Shown here piece by piece: positions 21,519 through 32,325 of a stretch of 36,719 bases of DNA (position 1 is the stretch's first letter; every line of letters starts with the position of its first letter). The position numbers and the translations under genes were made by a program. Where the stretch lies: the NCBI GenBank assembly GCA_044892525.1, contig CM097886.1, positions 95,976,001-96,012,719 on the forward strand, given 5' to 3'. This DNA is from Schmidtea polychroa (Eukaryota). The notes beneath the pieces are model-generated. The model saw only the letters and a list, made by a program, of their open reading frames with translations. It did not search any database and was not told the origin of the DNA.

Positions 21519-23849
21519 CTATCACATTAATTGACTGTTGTTTATGTTCTACTACACTCACAGACTTTTCTGGATGCATTGTTAAGTGTTTCCCTTTACT
21601 TGTTGTTATTGCTACCCTTAATGCATGCTGACTTACATTAAAGTCCAACGAATAAGTGTACTCAAATGCGTTCTATTTACTCATCGAGGCACAATTGTCC
21701 ATGAGGATACTCCGAGGAATAAGATTTAAGTCAAAAAACTTGAAAAAACCTCAACATACAATTCCATGCATTAAAGGGTTAATAAAGAAATGTACAATTG
21801 AAATGGCCAAACAATTTAATGAGCCGAAAATAGCAGAAAAATTCAACACAGTGGCATTATCTCATCAAACCATGGCCAGGAGAGTGGATGATATGAACCA
21901 ACATGCTTCCAAAAAGCTGCTGCAAATGATGGAAAAATGTAAATATTTTTCCCTGTGTTTGGATGAGAGCGTTGATTTGACAGATATTAGCCAGCTTTTA
22001 ATATTTGTTCGTACTATTCAAAATGATTTCACTGTCAACGAAGAGCTCCTTAGCCTAGAATCTCTGTTTGACACCACCAAAGGGAGCGACATTTTTGAAG
22101 CTGTCCATAAAAATGTTATGCTATATGGAGGATTCGATAAGTGTTCATGTATTATTACAGATGGGGCCAAAGCTATGATTGGAACAGAAATTGGCTTTTG
22201 CGGATTATTGAAGAAAAATAACATTAAATGTCCAACTCTGCACTGTATAATCCACCAGGAAGCACTGTGCGGAAAAAATTTACGACAAGCCCATGCTATG
22301 AAAGTAGCTATAAAAATAACAAATATGATACGAGGCGGTAACAGATCCCTCACCCATCGTAAGTTTCGGAGTTTTTTAGAGGAAATGGATGCTGCATATG
22401 GTGATTTGACACTTCACACAGATATTCGATGGCTGAGTGCTGGAAAATGTTTAGAACGTTTTTTTGCTATACGAAAAGAAATACCAATATTCCTCCAAAA
22501 TGAAGTAAAGTCTGATACCGAAGAACTTGCTCGTCAAATGCAGGATCCTATATTTTTTGCTGACCTTGCATTTATAACTGACATGACCAACCACTTAAAC
22601 GCGCTGAACTTAAAACTACAAGGTAAGGAGCAGGATATCGCAAACCTTTATTGCTATTGCAAAGGTTTCAAGAGTAAATTGCAGTTATTCAAATCAAAAT
22701 TGAGCAATAATGATTTTACTTTCTTCCCTAATTGCAAGGCGCATTTTGAAGACATGAATAATTCCGAGGTCACAATATTTTTAACTCATGTGGAATATAT
22801 TGATGGGATAATCCCGGAATTCGAAAGCCGATTTATCGATTTTGGAAAATTTGAACGGGAAATTTTACTTTTTAGTCAGCATTTAACTATTAGTATTGCA
22901 AATGTGCCGTCCGATTTGCAGTTAGAATTATGTGAGTTGCAAACTGATCCCCAGTTTACCAATAAATGTGAAACAGGGGAAGACTTTTTCAAACTATTAT
23001 CCGAAGTAAGATATCCCAAATTGCGTGACTTTGGTCTTAAAATCGGATCAATGCTCGGCAGTACTTATCTTTGTGAGAGTACTTTTTCCACTATGAAGTT
23101 TATTAAATCAAAGCATAGAAGTTCCATGACTGATAAATCGCTATCAAATTTACTGCGTTTGGCAACCACAAACATTGAAATTGATATCGATACACTGGTA
23201 AACGATGCAAAGCTACCGAAAATTTCTCATTGAAATATAAAATTTTTCATTTCTTGACAATATCTATATCTAATATCAAATATTTACCATATAATATTTC
23301 TTAAACATTAGTACAATTAATTATTAACATAATATCATTTTTTAATTTTGGTGTGCGGTCCTAAGGCCGTGCAGACAGAAATATCCAATGAATTCAAAAC
23401 AAGCGCCAGAGTATACATTAGTAACAACTGAAGGTGTTGAGTCGAAAATTTTCCGTACAGGCAGGCGTTTTGCTATCCTTAGCCATTTATTTTAGATAAA
23501 AATTCTTTGCATTGTGTGCGGCCCCCGAATAGTTTTTTTTGCATTGCGGCCCTCTGGTTTCCCAAGGTTGGACAGCCCTGACTTAGGTGAAATGAATGAA
23601 GAAACTACCTAAAATCAAAAATGAATCATTTAAAGTAAATATTGATAGTGAGAAAATTTGTAAAATTTTTCAAAAAATTAACAATCAGATCAGATGCTTT
23701 CAAATTCAAAGGCCTTGAAAAACATTTGTCACTTGATTACAAAACTCGTTGGAATTCAATGCTTCATATGTTAGGAGATTTTATCAAATTACACGATGTT
23801 ACCAAGGAAGTATTGAATGAAATTGGAGGGGAAATCAGATAAAGATTTT

Positions 23850-24370
23850 AGGAAATGCGAATCGAGGCAATCAAGGAAATTGTGTGGAAAATTGCAGATA
23901 GCAACGAAAAACTCGGATCGAGGTTGATAAAGAAAGGATGTAAGTCAACGAATTAAGAATTACGAGTTTTGACTGCGAGACGGGTTGGATTGTGAAGCAG
24001 ATTGACCAAGTCGAGGCAGATGAATTCATGACCTGAGTTACGAAGCTCATAGCCTAGGACGGAACATTCGAATAATTTCTGTTGCAATTGGTCAAGCAAA
24101 GGGAATGAGAGGAAAACTGAAATGAAATTGTGCCAAAGGCTTGTGGCAACAGAATGACAAGAGAGATCTTTACGAGTGTATTGATTGGACAGGAAGTTAT
24201 TGATTAGATGGAGCATAAATGCCATGATCGGATGATATGAAGGAGGAACGAGTGGTGATGATAGAGACATGGGCCTAACTGGTGCAGGATTCTAATTGCT
24301 GCTCTGTAGATGGTTATTGATGCGATATGATCGACGGGAATGTTTGCCCATTGGTACATATTGACAATCT
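23850..24370. other. Unassigned higher-GC insertion within the old hAT transposase (possible LINE fragment)
   Basis: hAT homology stops near 23842 and resumes near 24370. The minus-strand ORF contains LINNFLSNQ, weakly LINE-RT-like. Boundaries are approximate. Confidence 0.3.
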
Positions 24371-24849
24371 TGAAAATTTTAACTTTGACTTATTGAAACA
24401 TGTTGATGTTACTTAAACCTGTTGAAATTACTCTTAATGCAATGAGTGAAAAAAAAACTAATCTCAGAGTGGCAAGTATTTTCTGATTGAAAAATTATCC
24501 GCTCAAGATTCAGAAATCAGTTCGATTTTATTATCGAATATTAATCATTACATCAATTCAATCAACAGTTAAATGATCTAATGAATTCCTTATACAATTT
24601 CGGACATGTTAGGAAAATTTCAATTGATCTCTTCCTTTCTACAAACGTTTCACTTGTTGAAGACATCGAAGATAATAATAATGCATTTTAAATGTTAATC
24701 AAAATATTTCAATAGAAGAATTAAAAAATCGTTTAGAATGTTCTACTCAAAGTTTCTTGCAAATCGATCATTATAAAAAATTACGTAAGAATTTTCATTA
24801 TCAAAAAATAATGGCGTGTTAACCGCAAATTTAAAGCATTATATTAGAT

Positions 24850-26351
24850 CAGTGTTCTTCAACCTGGGTTCCGCGGAACCCTTGGGTTCCGTATAAAAAA
24901 TTATGGGTTCCGCGAACAAATTTTATGATTTCTTATAAAAAAAGTTTTCAATATAAATAAACATATAATAATTTATATTTTATACATTGAAAATTTTCTG
25001 TTGTAAAATTTTACGCCTTGAAAATTTATGAAATGCTACAATGACATTGAAATTTTTTTTATTTACTAAAAATGTAAGAAAAGTATAAATTATCAAAAAT
25101 ATTTGAGAATAATTCGATTTTTTCTTTAAATTTCAATATATAATCCTTTGAAATTTGAATATAGTTTCTAAAAATAAATTTATAATCATAGGATGCGGGA
25201 GTTACCTTGGTTTTGTGATACGTATGTGAAATTTGACGTGTATTTAATTTAGTTTCTAACTGGTGGATGTGTTTTATGTTAATCTTTAACTAAAAGTTAA
25301 TATTTAATTAAAAAGTGTTTATTAAAATAAATTTGTTTATCTGCCTTTATTGCAAAAAGTACAATTATTTAAAAAAAATAACTTTGAGTTTTAATTTATT
25401 TCATTTAGTGTAAATACAGGTATGTTATTTTTTATTAAATATTAAATATTAAGTATGTGATTTAAAGGTAGAAAAAAAAGGGTTAAAAATGTATTAAACT
25501 TAAAATGTAAACATTTTTTCTAAATTTAATCTTTTATATTTAAACATTCAACTTTTATATATTTAAACATTTCATTTATAACTTTATATTAAAATATGTA
25601 TGAATTTTCTTTCTATTTATTAAGTTTTTCATAATTTTAATTAATTTTCGAAATTTCCCAACATTTTTAACCTCTTTTGGAGGTTTTTTGATAAGTTTAG
25701 TTTTGTCATAAAATCGATTTTATTTAAATTTAAATTAAATTAGGATACCATACCGTTATATAATGGATACTTGGTTAAAAACTGGAAAGCTTCCTGCTAA
25801 GGTCAAGGAAGTTAATTTAGAAACTGAAACAGCATCGAAAGACAATGCAGTTAGTTCTAGGCTTGATACAGAAACATCATCGAAAAATCTGCCTTCTAAA
25901 AACAAAATAGCTAATGATTCAGATAAATCCACTAAAAAAAGAAAGTATGATGACGAATATTTAAAATTTGGATTCGCCTGGATTGGTAATGAAAAAGAAC
26001 CAAATGGATTATGCGTAGAGTGTGAAAAAGTAATGCATAACAGTAGTTTAAATCCAGCAAAAATGAAAAGACATTTGGAAACTAATCACCCGACTTTAAA
26101 AAATAAAAGTATTGAGTATTTCCAGAAAAAGTGTAATGAGCTTAAACAGAAAAATCAGCAATTTAAGAAATTCATACATGATGATAATATAAATGCTTTG
26201 AAAGCATCTTATTTGGTCAGTTATCGTGTTGCTCAACAAGGTGAAGCTTACACTATTGCTGAAAAATTAGTGAAACCATGTACCAAAGATATAGTTTCTT
26301 GCATGATAGGAGAGAAGGGTTCCGACGACTGCGAAAGGTTGAAGAGCACTG
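24850..26351 (+). mobile_element. Internally deleted Buster/Charlie-type hAT (ZBED5-like), 1502 bp
   Basis: TIRs cagtgttcttcaacct and, as reverse complement, cagtgctcttcaacct; ggttccg subterminal repeats; exact 8-bp TSD tattagat (24842-24849 and 26352-26359). Confidence 0.94.
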
Positions 26352-26497
26352 TATTAGATGCTACTAGCACCATTAAACCATTATCAATTGACGCAGAAAG
26401 ATCATTTTACTTCTGTACAAAATTACGTTCCAGATTATCAGATAAATCTTTAAGTGCACTTGTATTCTTAAAATACTTTTTTAATAAAGATATTTAA
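25763..26497 (+). CDS. Chimeric 244-aa ORF: Buster BED-finger N-terminus read through the right TIR into the dimerization domain of the older hAT
   Basis: MDTWLKTG..KRKYDDEYLKFGF..CVEC..KMKRHLETNHP..ALKASYLVSYRVA..TIAEKLVKPC..MIGEK, then TIR-encoded GSDDCERLKST, then TIKPLSIDAERSF..RSRLSD..LKYFF; no internal stop. Confidence 0.85.
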   Translation: MDTWLKTGKLPAKVKEVNLETETASKDNAVSSRLDTETSSKNLPSKNKIANDSDKSTKKRKYDDEYLKFGFAWIGNEKEPNGLCVECEKVMHNSSLNPAKMKRHLETNHPTLKNKSIEYFQKKCNELKQKNQQFKKFIHDDNINALKASYLVSYRVAQQGEAYTIAEKLVKPCTKDIVSCMIGEKGSDDCERLKSTVLDATSTIKPLSIDAERSFYFCTKLRSRLSDKSLSALVFLKYFFNKDI

Positions 26498-27540
26498 ATA
26501 AAGAAATTATATTGATTATTGCTATAAAATAATTACTTCAATTTTTTAAATATTATATTCAAGCTCGAAAGCTCGAAAAAATCTTCGAGTTTGAGCTCAA
26601 ACGAGCTTTAATGTCTCGAGTTTTTCCAAACTCCAGTTTGATTGAAAGAATAATAATATTTGTGTTCTATAAACTTATTATAAAGTAAAATGTGAAACTT
26701 GGCACATGTTTTATATAGATAATCGCACGGTAACTGTACTTTACAATAAGGTTTTATTAACTATTCCACGAAGTCATCTGGTGTGTTCGATGTGCTTCTA
26801 ATAGACTTGGGTAATGAGGTTATAGAGGGGGGCTTCTATCAGTGGTCCGGGAGATAAAGTAAATCTGGTGAGTACAGAACCACTCTCACGTTATTGAGAT
26901 GCAGGACCTAGTATTTTCCGATAATCAAACATTCAATTTGCCGCTAGAGATCCTATGTGAACGAGACAAACAGTATAATAAGTTCCAAAAATGAAAGTTG
27001 ACTTTGCGATGAGAAATTCACGGTCAATAGTACATACATACATAACAAATGATAATGGAAAAATCGATTTAAACACCATGGATTAGAGTAGAACTCCCAT
27101 GTGCAGGAATATTAAGAATTTATAGTTGTTCTGCTTCACGAGGAGCAATCAAGCAAAAAAATCCAAGAAAAATGTGCCTAGTCTATAACAAATCATTCAC
27201 AAAAATCATTAAAGAAATATATCATTTAATTATATAAATGCAATGCATTAATTACGCAGTGTTCTCGAGGAAATCAGTATCTCTAGACCGTAGCATAGAC
27301 ATTGAGGGCTTATATTCCTGCAACTATCGAATCAGGTGGGTTTTTTATCAGTTAATAACGTTTATTCTCATTCTTACAGACTATACACAGAAAATAAAAA
27401 ATGTTAAATAGAAATTACTTCTTGACAATCCATAGTCTGGAAGAATGAAGATAAAGGAAATCGTTAATAACAGATCAAAGAAGAAGTTAAAATATTTTAT
27501 GGATAATTAATATTCTAAATAAAAAACGAGTGTCTATTTA

Positions 27541-27681
27541 NNNNNNNNNNNNNNNNNNNNNNNNNNNNNNNNNNNNNNNNNNNNNNNNNNNNNNNNNNNN
27601 NNNNNNNNNNNNNNNNNNNNNNNNNNNNNNNNNNNNNNNNNNNNNNNNNNNNNNNNNNNNNNNNNNNNNNNNNNNNNNNNN
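27541..27681. other. Assembly gap (N run)
   Basis: 141 N. Confidence 1.
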
Positions 27682-28117
27682 CTATTTTTGAAGGTTTACT
27701 ATGGGGGTTAGATGTAAATTAAAATTTATGCTTTTCTTGTTGAACAGTTTTAGATAAACTTTGAAGTTTTCTAATAAGTTTTGTCTGTTGTACTATTTCT
27801 TTCTGTACTTCTTACTGTATGTATAGTCAAATCAAGACATTCATTGTGAATACTTGCCATTAAAATACATGAAATATTACGAATATAATCGTGTCTGCAA
27901 CTGATACGTTAAGCAAAGCAACTTATTTGGTCAATCTAGGTGAAAATTTGTGCTATATATGTCAAAGTACCAATGGTTAATATTATTTGAAGAACATGTC
28001 TTATAATTTTTAATTTCAAAATAACTGTGGTGATGTGATTCATGACATTAAAATTTCTTATTAAAATCCTTATTTCTATTAAAAAAAATGGGCATTTAAA
28101 AATTACGAAAAAAATTG

Positions 28118-28198
28118 CATTAATTAGTAAACGCGAAAATTTTATTCATTAATTACTAAACACGAAAATTTTATGCAATAATCACTAAACACGAAATT
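28118..28198. repeat. 29-bp tandem repeat, about 2.8 copies
   Basis: cattaattagtaaacgcgaaaattttatt / cattaattactaaacacgaaaattttatg / caataatcactaaacacgaaatt. Confidence 0.85.
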
Positions 28199-28199
28199 G

Positions 28200-29614
28200 G
28201 TTAAGCCTTGGTTGTAAAGATATTGCTTGTACGTTTACAGTCAATACCTACTTCAGCATGAAAAGAAATGTATGTATTGTGTCTAAAGTGAGCCATATCA
28301 TACTTGCGCATCTAATCCAACCAAACTGCATTCTAATACTCTTATTAAAGAAGCAATAAGGGAGAGTGAAGTTCTCGGAGTAAAGCCAAACGATGTAATC
28401 AGAGCAGTAAGACAGAAATGGTCTTTAGAAATAAACTACAGTACGGCCTATAAGGCCTTAAAGAGTTTCAAATCAAAAGAAAAAATAATTCTTAAAGAAT
28501 CATAAAGAACCATGAATGCCCTACACTCAGTAACTAATTTAGAAACACAAGACAATATATTTAAGAGATTTTTTATGGTCTGGGAGGCCACCAAAGTTTT
28601 TTGGAGTCATTGTCGAAAAATCATTACAGTAGATGGCACATTTCTAGCAGGTCCAAATAAGGGTACCTTGCTAGTTGCTCAAGACGGAAAAGAACAGTTA
28701 GTACTATTGGCCTATGCAATTGTTGAGTCGGAAAATTTAGATAGCAGGAGATACTATTTAGAACAGCTAAACATTCATTTTCAAATCAATAACAGCTTGA
28801 CAATATTGATGTCTTATAGAGACACTGGTTTGCTTTCCGCAGTGAATATAGTTCTTCCAAATATAATAAGGTGCAGCTGTGTGCGACATCTCGCTAAAAA
28901 CATTAGAAATGGATTTAGAAACCGTGCTCTCATTGATAAATTTTGGACTATGGCCTATACCTATGATGAATCTCAATTTGAAATTGTTTTGGAAGAGGCC
29001 AGACTGATTAATCAGACTTTTTACGAGGCAATTGTATCATCAAATGTTTCTAGCTGGGCAAACTCGAAATGCTTAATTGAACGATATGGTAAAAGTACAT
29101 CCAACTCGGCAGAATCAATGAATGCTACTCTGAAAAAATTCGTCACAAAAGATATATGCAATTTGATAGTGAGCATTAATAATTACATGATGGAGATATT
29201 TAATAAAAGGAATATTACGTTTTCAACTCCTGTTTTTCCTGCGAAGCTTCTTGAATTGGAGACTAATATTCTTTTAAGCAGATCCTTATCAGTTAGCTTA
29301 TCGAACAATTCTATTTATTTGGTTGCAAATGAATATATAGTAAACTATAGTGAAAAAATTGTAGTAGTAAGAAATCCTTTATTGCGGGAATACCATGTAA
29401 GCATTTATGCTCAGTTATGCTCTTCCTAAGACAAGATCCTGTGCTATTTATTGAAGCGTATTTTACATCTTATAATTATTCCAGATTGTATTCTGAAAGT
29501 ATAATTCCGTTATCAACAAAATCTTTACAAGCTGATAAAATACAAGCTCCATTTTTAAGAAGGGGAAGAGGAAGACCCCGGGTTGCAAGGGTCAGACCTT
29601 CAGTTGAAAATTAA
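28200..29614 (+). pseudogene. MuDR-type Mutator (MULE) transposase with SWIM finger, inactivated
   Basis: N-terminal CKDIAC..HTC region; ITVDGTFL; LLAYAIVESEN; MSYRDTGL (second D replaced by Y); CVRHL; SNSAESMN. The SWIM is frameshifted (CSSKK..GIPCKH) and followed by RGRGRP. Main ORF 28512..29429. Confidence 0.92.
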
Positions 29615-29686
29615 ATTTTCATCTTAATGTTTTCTTTACATTTATAATTAAAAATTGCTATTTTTCATGTTACTGAAAAAATTTTC

Positions 29687-29806
29687 GATGTTATTTTTTC
29701 CATTATTTGAAAAATTGAATGTCATTTTGGCAATTAACAACTTTTGGATGTCATTTTTTCCATTTTTGAAAAATTGGATGTTATTTTTTCCATTATCCCT
29801 AAAATT
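29687..29806. repeat. About 30-bp tandem repeat, 4 copies
   Basis: Units gatgttattttttccattatttgaaaaattg / aatgtcattttggcaattaacaacttttg / gatgtcattttttccatttttgaaaaattg / gatgttattttttccattatccctaaaatt. Confidence 0.85.
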
Positions 29807-30116
29807 ATATGTTCCGTTCGCGGCAAAAATATTTCATTATACGGCCTCAAGAGGCACCAAAAACGAAATAATATAGTACCGGTGCCAGATCAAATTATGG
29901 AAATTGATCCACTTTCCATAGTATCAGAAAATAATTAACATGCCATACCATGCTATAATATGCTATAACATGATATACAAAAATGGGACCCCGACAAAAG
30001 AGCGCAGTCAATTAAAAAAACATGTACGCTAAACGAATATGAATTGGTTAACACTTGTTTTTAACAATCGGCGGTACGATAAAACGTCATTGGACCTATT
30101 TGTGTTTATTTATATA

Positions 30117-32048
30117 CAGTACAATCCGCTTAATAGCACATCGTTTTATATCACAATACGCTTATTATCACGCCAAGATGTAGAACAAAAACCGTAGATA
30201 ATACACTCATTATATTTTAAATGCTTAATAGCACATTGCTAATATTCAACATCGCTTAATATCACCTTTTTTGTATTAAAAACTATGGCTTCATTATATT
30301 AATACCATGATATTGTTATATAATACCTATTAATACGCTGTTGATTTTAAGATCAATGAACTGATTAAAAAAATATTTATTATCAATTTTAACTACCCCT
30401 TAATAATGACAGAAAACAGAAGACGCAACGACATTTCAATAAAGACAAAATTGGAGATAATTGCTGAATGTGATAAAGTTCCAAAACAGACATTTTCTAT
30501 GATTGCTGAAAAATTCAAGATACATCGATCGACGGTAAGCAAAACATACAAAGCAAAATCGCGTCTACTGCAAACTATTGGATCTTCTCCTTCAAGTAGG
30601 AAAAGGCAGAGACATAGTGCTGCGGAACAAGTGGACCATGCACTTTATAGCTGGTTCGTCTCTGCACTTTCGACGAATATTCCAATCAGCGGCGAAGTAT
30701 TACGAATAAAGGCTGAAAAATTTGCATTGGAATTTTCAATCGATGACTTTAAAGCTACTGATGGCTTTATCGACCGATGGAAGAAGAGATATGGAATAAT
30801 ATATAAAAGTCACATGGAGAAAAACTTGATGCAAATGAAGTGAATGCGACGCAGTGGATAAGCACCGTACTTCCGGGTGTTCTAAACCGATATAGTTTAT
30901 CGGATATATTTAATGCGGATGAAACTGGCCTGTACTACCGAGCCCTACCAAGAGGATCACATACATTTAAAAGTTCTCAATTAGAAGGAGGGAAAATATC
31001 AAAGGAGCGATTAACTATATTGGTCTGCGCGAGTATGATGGGAGAGAAATCACCGCTTGTTATGATTGGGAAATCTAAAAATCCTCGGTGTTTTAAGGGC
31101 GTTAAAGAATTGCCAATAGAATACCATAACAATCGTAATGCTTGGATGACTGCGGTTATATTTGAAAAATGGCTCGTAAAATGGAATGGGGATTTGATGT
31201 CGAAGAATAGGCGGATGGCGTTAATACTCGATAATTGCGGGGCGCACCCGAACGTTAATCTGGAAAATATAGAGTTGATTTTTCTCCCTCCCAATGTGAC
31301 TCCACTGATACAACCACTTGATCAAGGCGTTATTCGAAATCTTAAACAATTTTATCGTCGAATGGTTGTTATTAAGCTTCTTACTATGATTGAATCCACG
31401 GAAAACGAACTATCTGCCGTTGAATTATCTAGGAAACTAGATCTTTTGTCATCCATACGATTAATCAAAGAAGCTTGGGAATTAGTCACTCCAAATACCA
31501 TTATAAATTGCTTCAGTAAAGCAAGATTTGGCACAGAATTGGATAGTAATTTACAAGAAACAGAAATAAATGTTAATCTGGACAATGGTGATGATTTTGA
31601 TTTTGATGAATTTGTACGGGTTGATCAAGAAATTGAGTGCATTGAACCGATCAATGAAAACAAAATAACATCAAATATTATCGAAAATATAAGGTATAAT
31701 GATATCAATGATGCTTCTGATGAAAATAATAATGTGGAAGTCTCAAGTACCCATGAAAATATTACCTCCAAACAAGCGCTCGATTCTTTGAATGTACTGC
31801 AAAACTTCCTCGTTGTGAACAATGAAAATGATTTTTCCGTTTTTAACAGTATGGAACGACAAGTACAGTTAATAATTTTGCGAAATAGGAAAAAATTGAA
31901 ACAGCTTACCCTGGATGAATGGTTTGATAATAAATAATCGTATATGTATTTTTTTCATATTTTCGTATTTTTTTCGCTTAATAGCACATTCGGTTTATAT
32001 CACATTTATATATCGGCCGGACCCCGTGATATTAAGCGGATTCGACTG
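30117..32048 (+). mobile_element. Full-length Tigger/pogo transposon, 1932 bp
   Basis: TA TSD (30115-30116 and 32049-32050); 23-bp TIRs cagtacaatccgcttaatagcac and, as reverse complement, cagtcgaatccgcttaatatcac. Confidence 0.95.
30406..31937 (+). pseudogene. Tigger (TIGD-like) transposase, DD29D, with a single frameshift
   Basis: HTH-psq and CENP-B HTH (LYSWF..PISGEVLRIKA..ATDGFIDRWKKRY), then NADETGLYY, LILDNCGAH and QPLDQGVI. Adding one A to the A4 run at 30805-30808 gives YKKSHGEK and a continuous 510-aa ORF. Confidence 0.95.
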
Positions 32049-32127
32049 TATTATGGTTAATATGTTATGAATGCAGTTATTAATTCGATATTAAATATCG
32101 AATATTATTAATTTCGAAATTATAAAT

Positions 32128-32325
32128 ATGGAAATGCTGGACGATGTTGTTCTGTCATCATCGGAATACAATCACGCTCCTGATCCAGCTAAAAACAAAG
32201 CAGCGAAAGTGGTGTCGGCTATACGAAAACGGACAATGGAAGGTGTGGAAAACCAATGCAGATTATATAACAAGCCAGAGCAGTGCACAAAATTTATGTA
32301 CAAAAAAGAAAAAATCACAATATAG
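32128..32325 (+). pseudogene. Possible FLYWCH-type MULE transposase N-terminal fragment
   Basis: VVLSSSEYNHAPDPAKNKAAKVVSAIRKRTME resembles the HNHAPD...K..IKKRA segment that follows FLYWCH domains. Confidence 0.35.

Larger units (their letters stand above)
19495..21778 (+). mobile_element. Internally deleted piggyBac (PGBD3-like), 2284 bp, nested in the SPIN-like ORF
   Basis: TTAA at 19491-19494 and 21779-21782; perfect 13-bp TIR ccctttaatgcat; internal TIR-like copies at 19848-19880 and 21615-21646. Confidence 0.95.
19132..23233 (+). pseudogene. SPIN/GTF2IRD2-like hAT transposase (about 603 aa when rejoined), split by the piggyBac
   Basis: MSEKRRKIENENR..BED finger (CIIC..RHY..H) through SYSDGLL joins in frame to IKKCTIEMAK once 19495-21782 is removed. 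SLCLDES, ITDGA, CIIHQE, IRW and YLCESTFS are all intact. One frameshift remains in the G run at 19187-19191. Confidence 0.94.
18265..23580 (+). mobile_element. SPIN-like (Buster group) hAT transposon containing a nested piggyBac
   Basis: TIRs cagacctgtccaaacc and, as reverse complement, cagggctgtccaacct; subterminal gcggccc motifs; exact 8-bp TSD acttaggt (18257-18264 and 23581-23588, nnnTAnnn). Confidence 0.95.
18004..26635 (+). mobile_element. Old hobo/Ac-like hAT remnant fragmented by three insertions
   Basis: Collinear coding pieces at 18004-18256 (TGDGG.VMIK..YALHLA), 23589-23842 (IVRKFVKFFKK..LDYKTRWNSMLHML), about 24370-24620 (LKPVEITLNAMS..IEKLSAQDS) and 26360-26497 (TIKPLSIDAERSF..TKLRSRLSDKSL.ALVFLKYFF). 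Right-end-like ctcgag-rich terminus ...ctcgagtttttccaaactcca at about 26635. The left end was not found. Confidence 0.75.

Noticed and set aside
21656-21782. N-terminal 42 aa of ORF 21656..23233
   Set aside because: Read-through from the piggyBac right end, not part of the hAT protein; the true N-terminus is at 19132-19494.
26760-27130. GC-richer stretch with VLLIDLGNE, reminiscent of a Tudor domain
   Set aside because: Single short motif with frequent stops.
28118-29806. Short direct-repeat arrays considered as CRISPR
   Set aside because: Units are contiguous with no unique spacers, there are no cas genes, and the context is eukaryotic.
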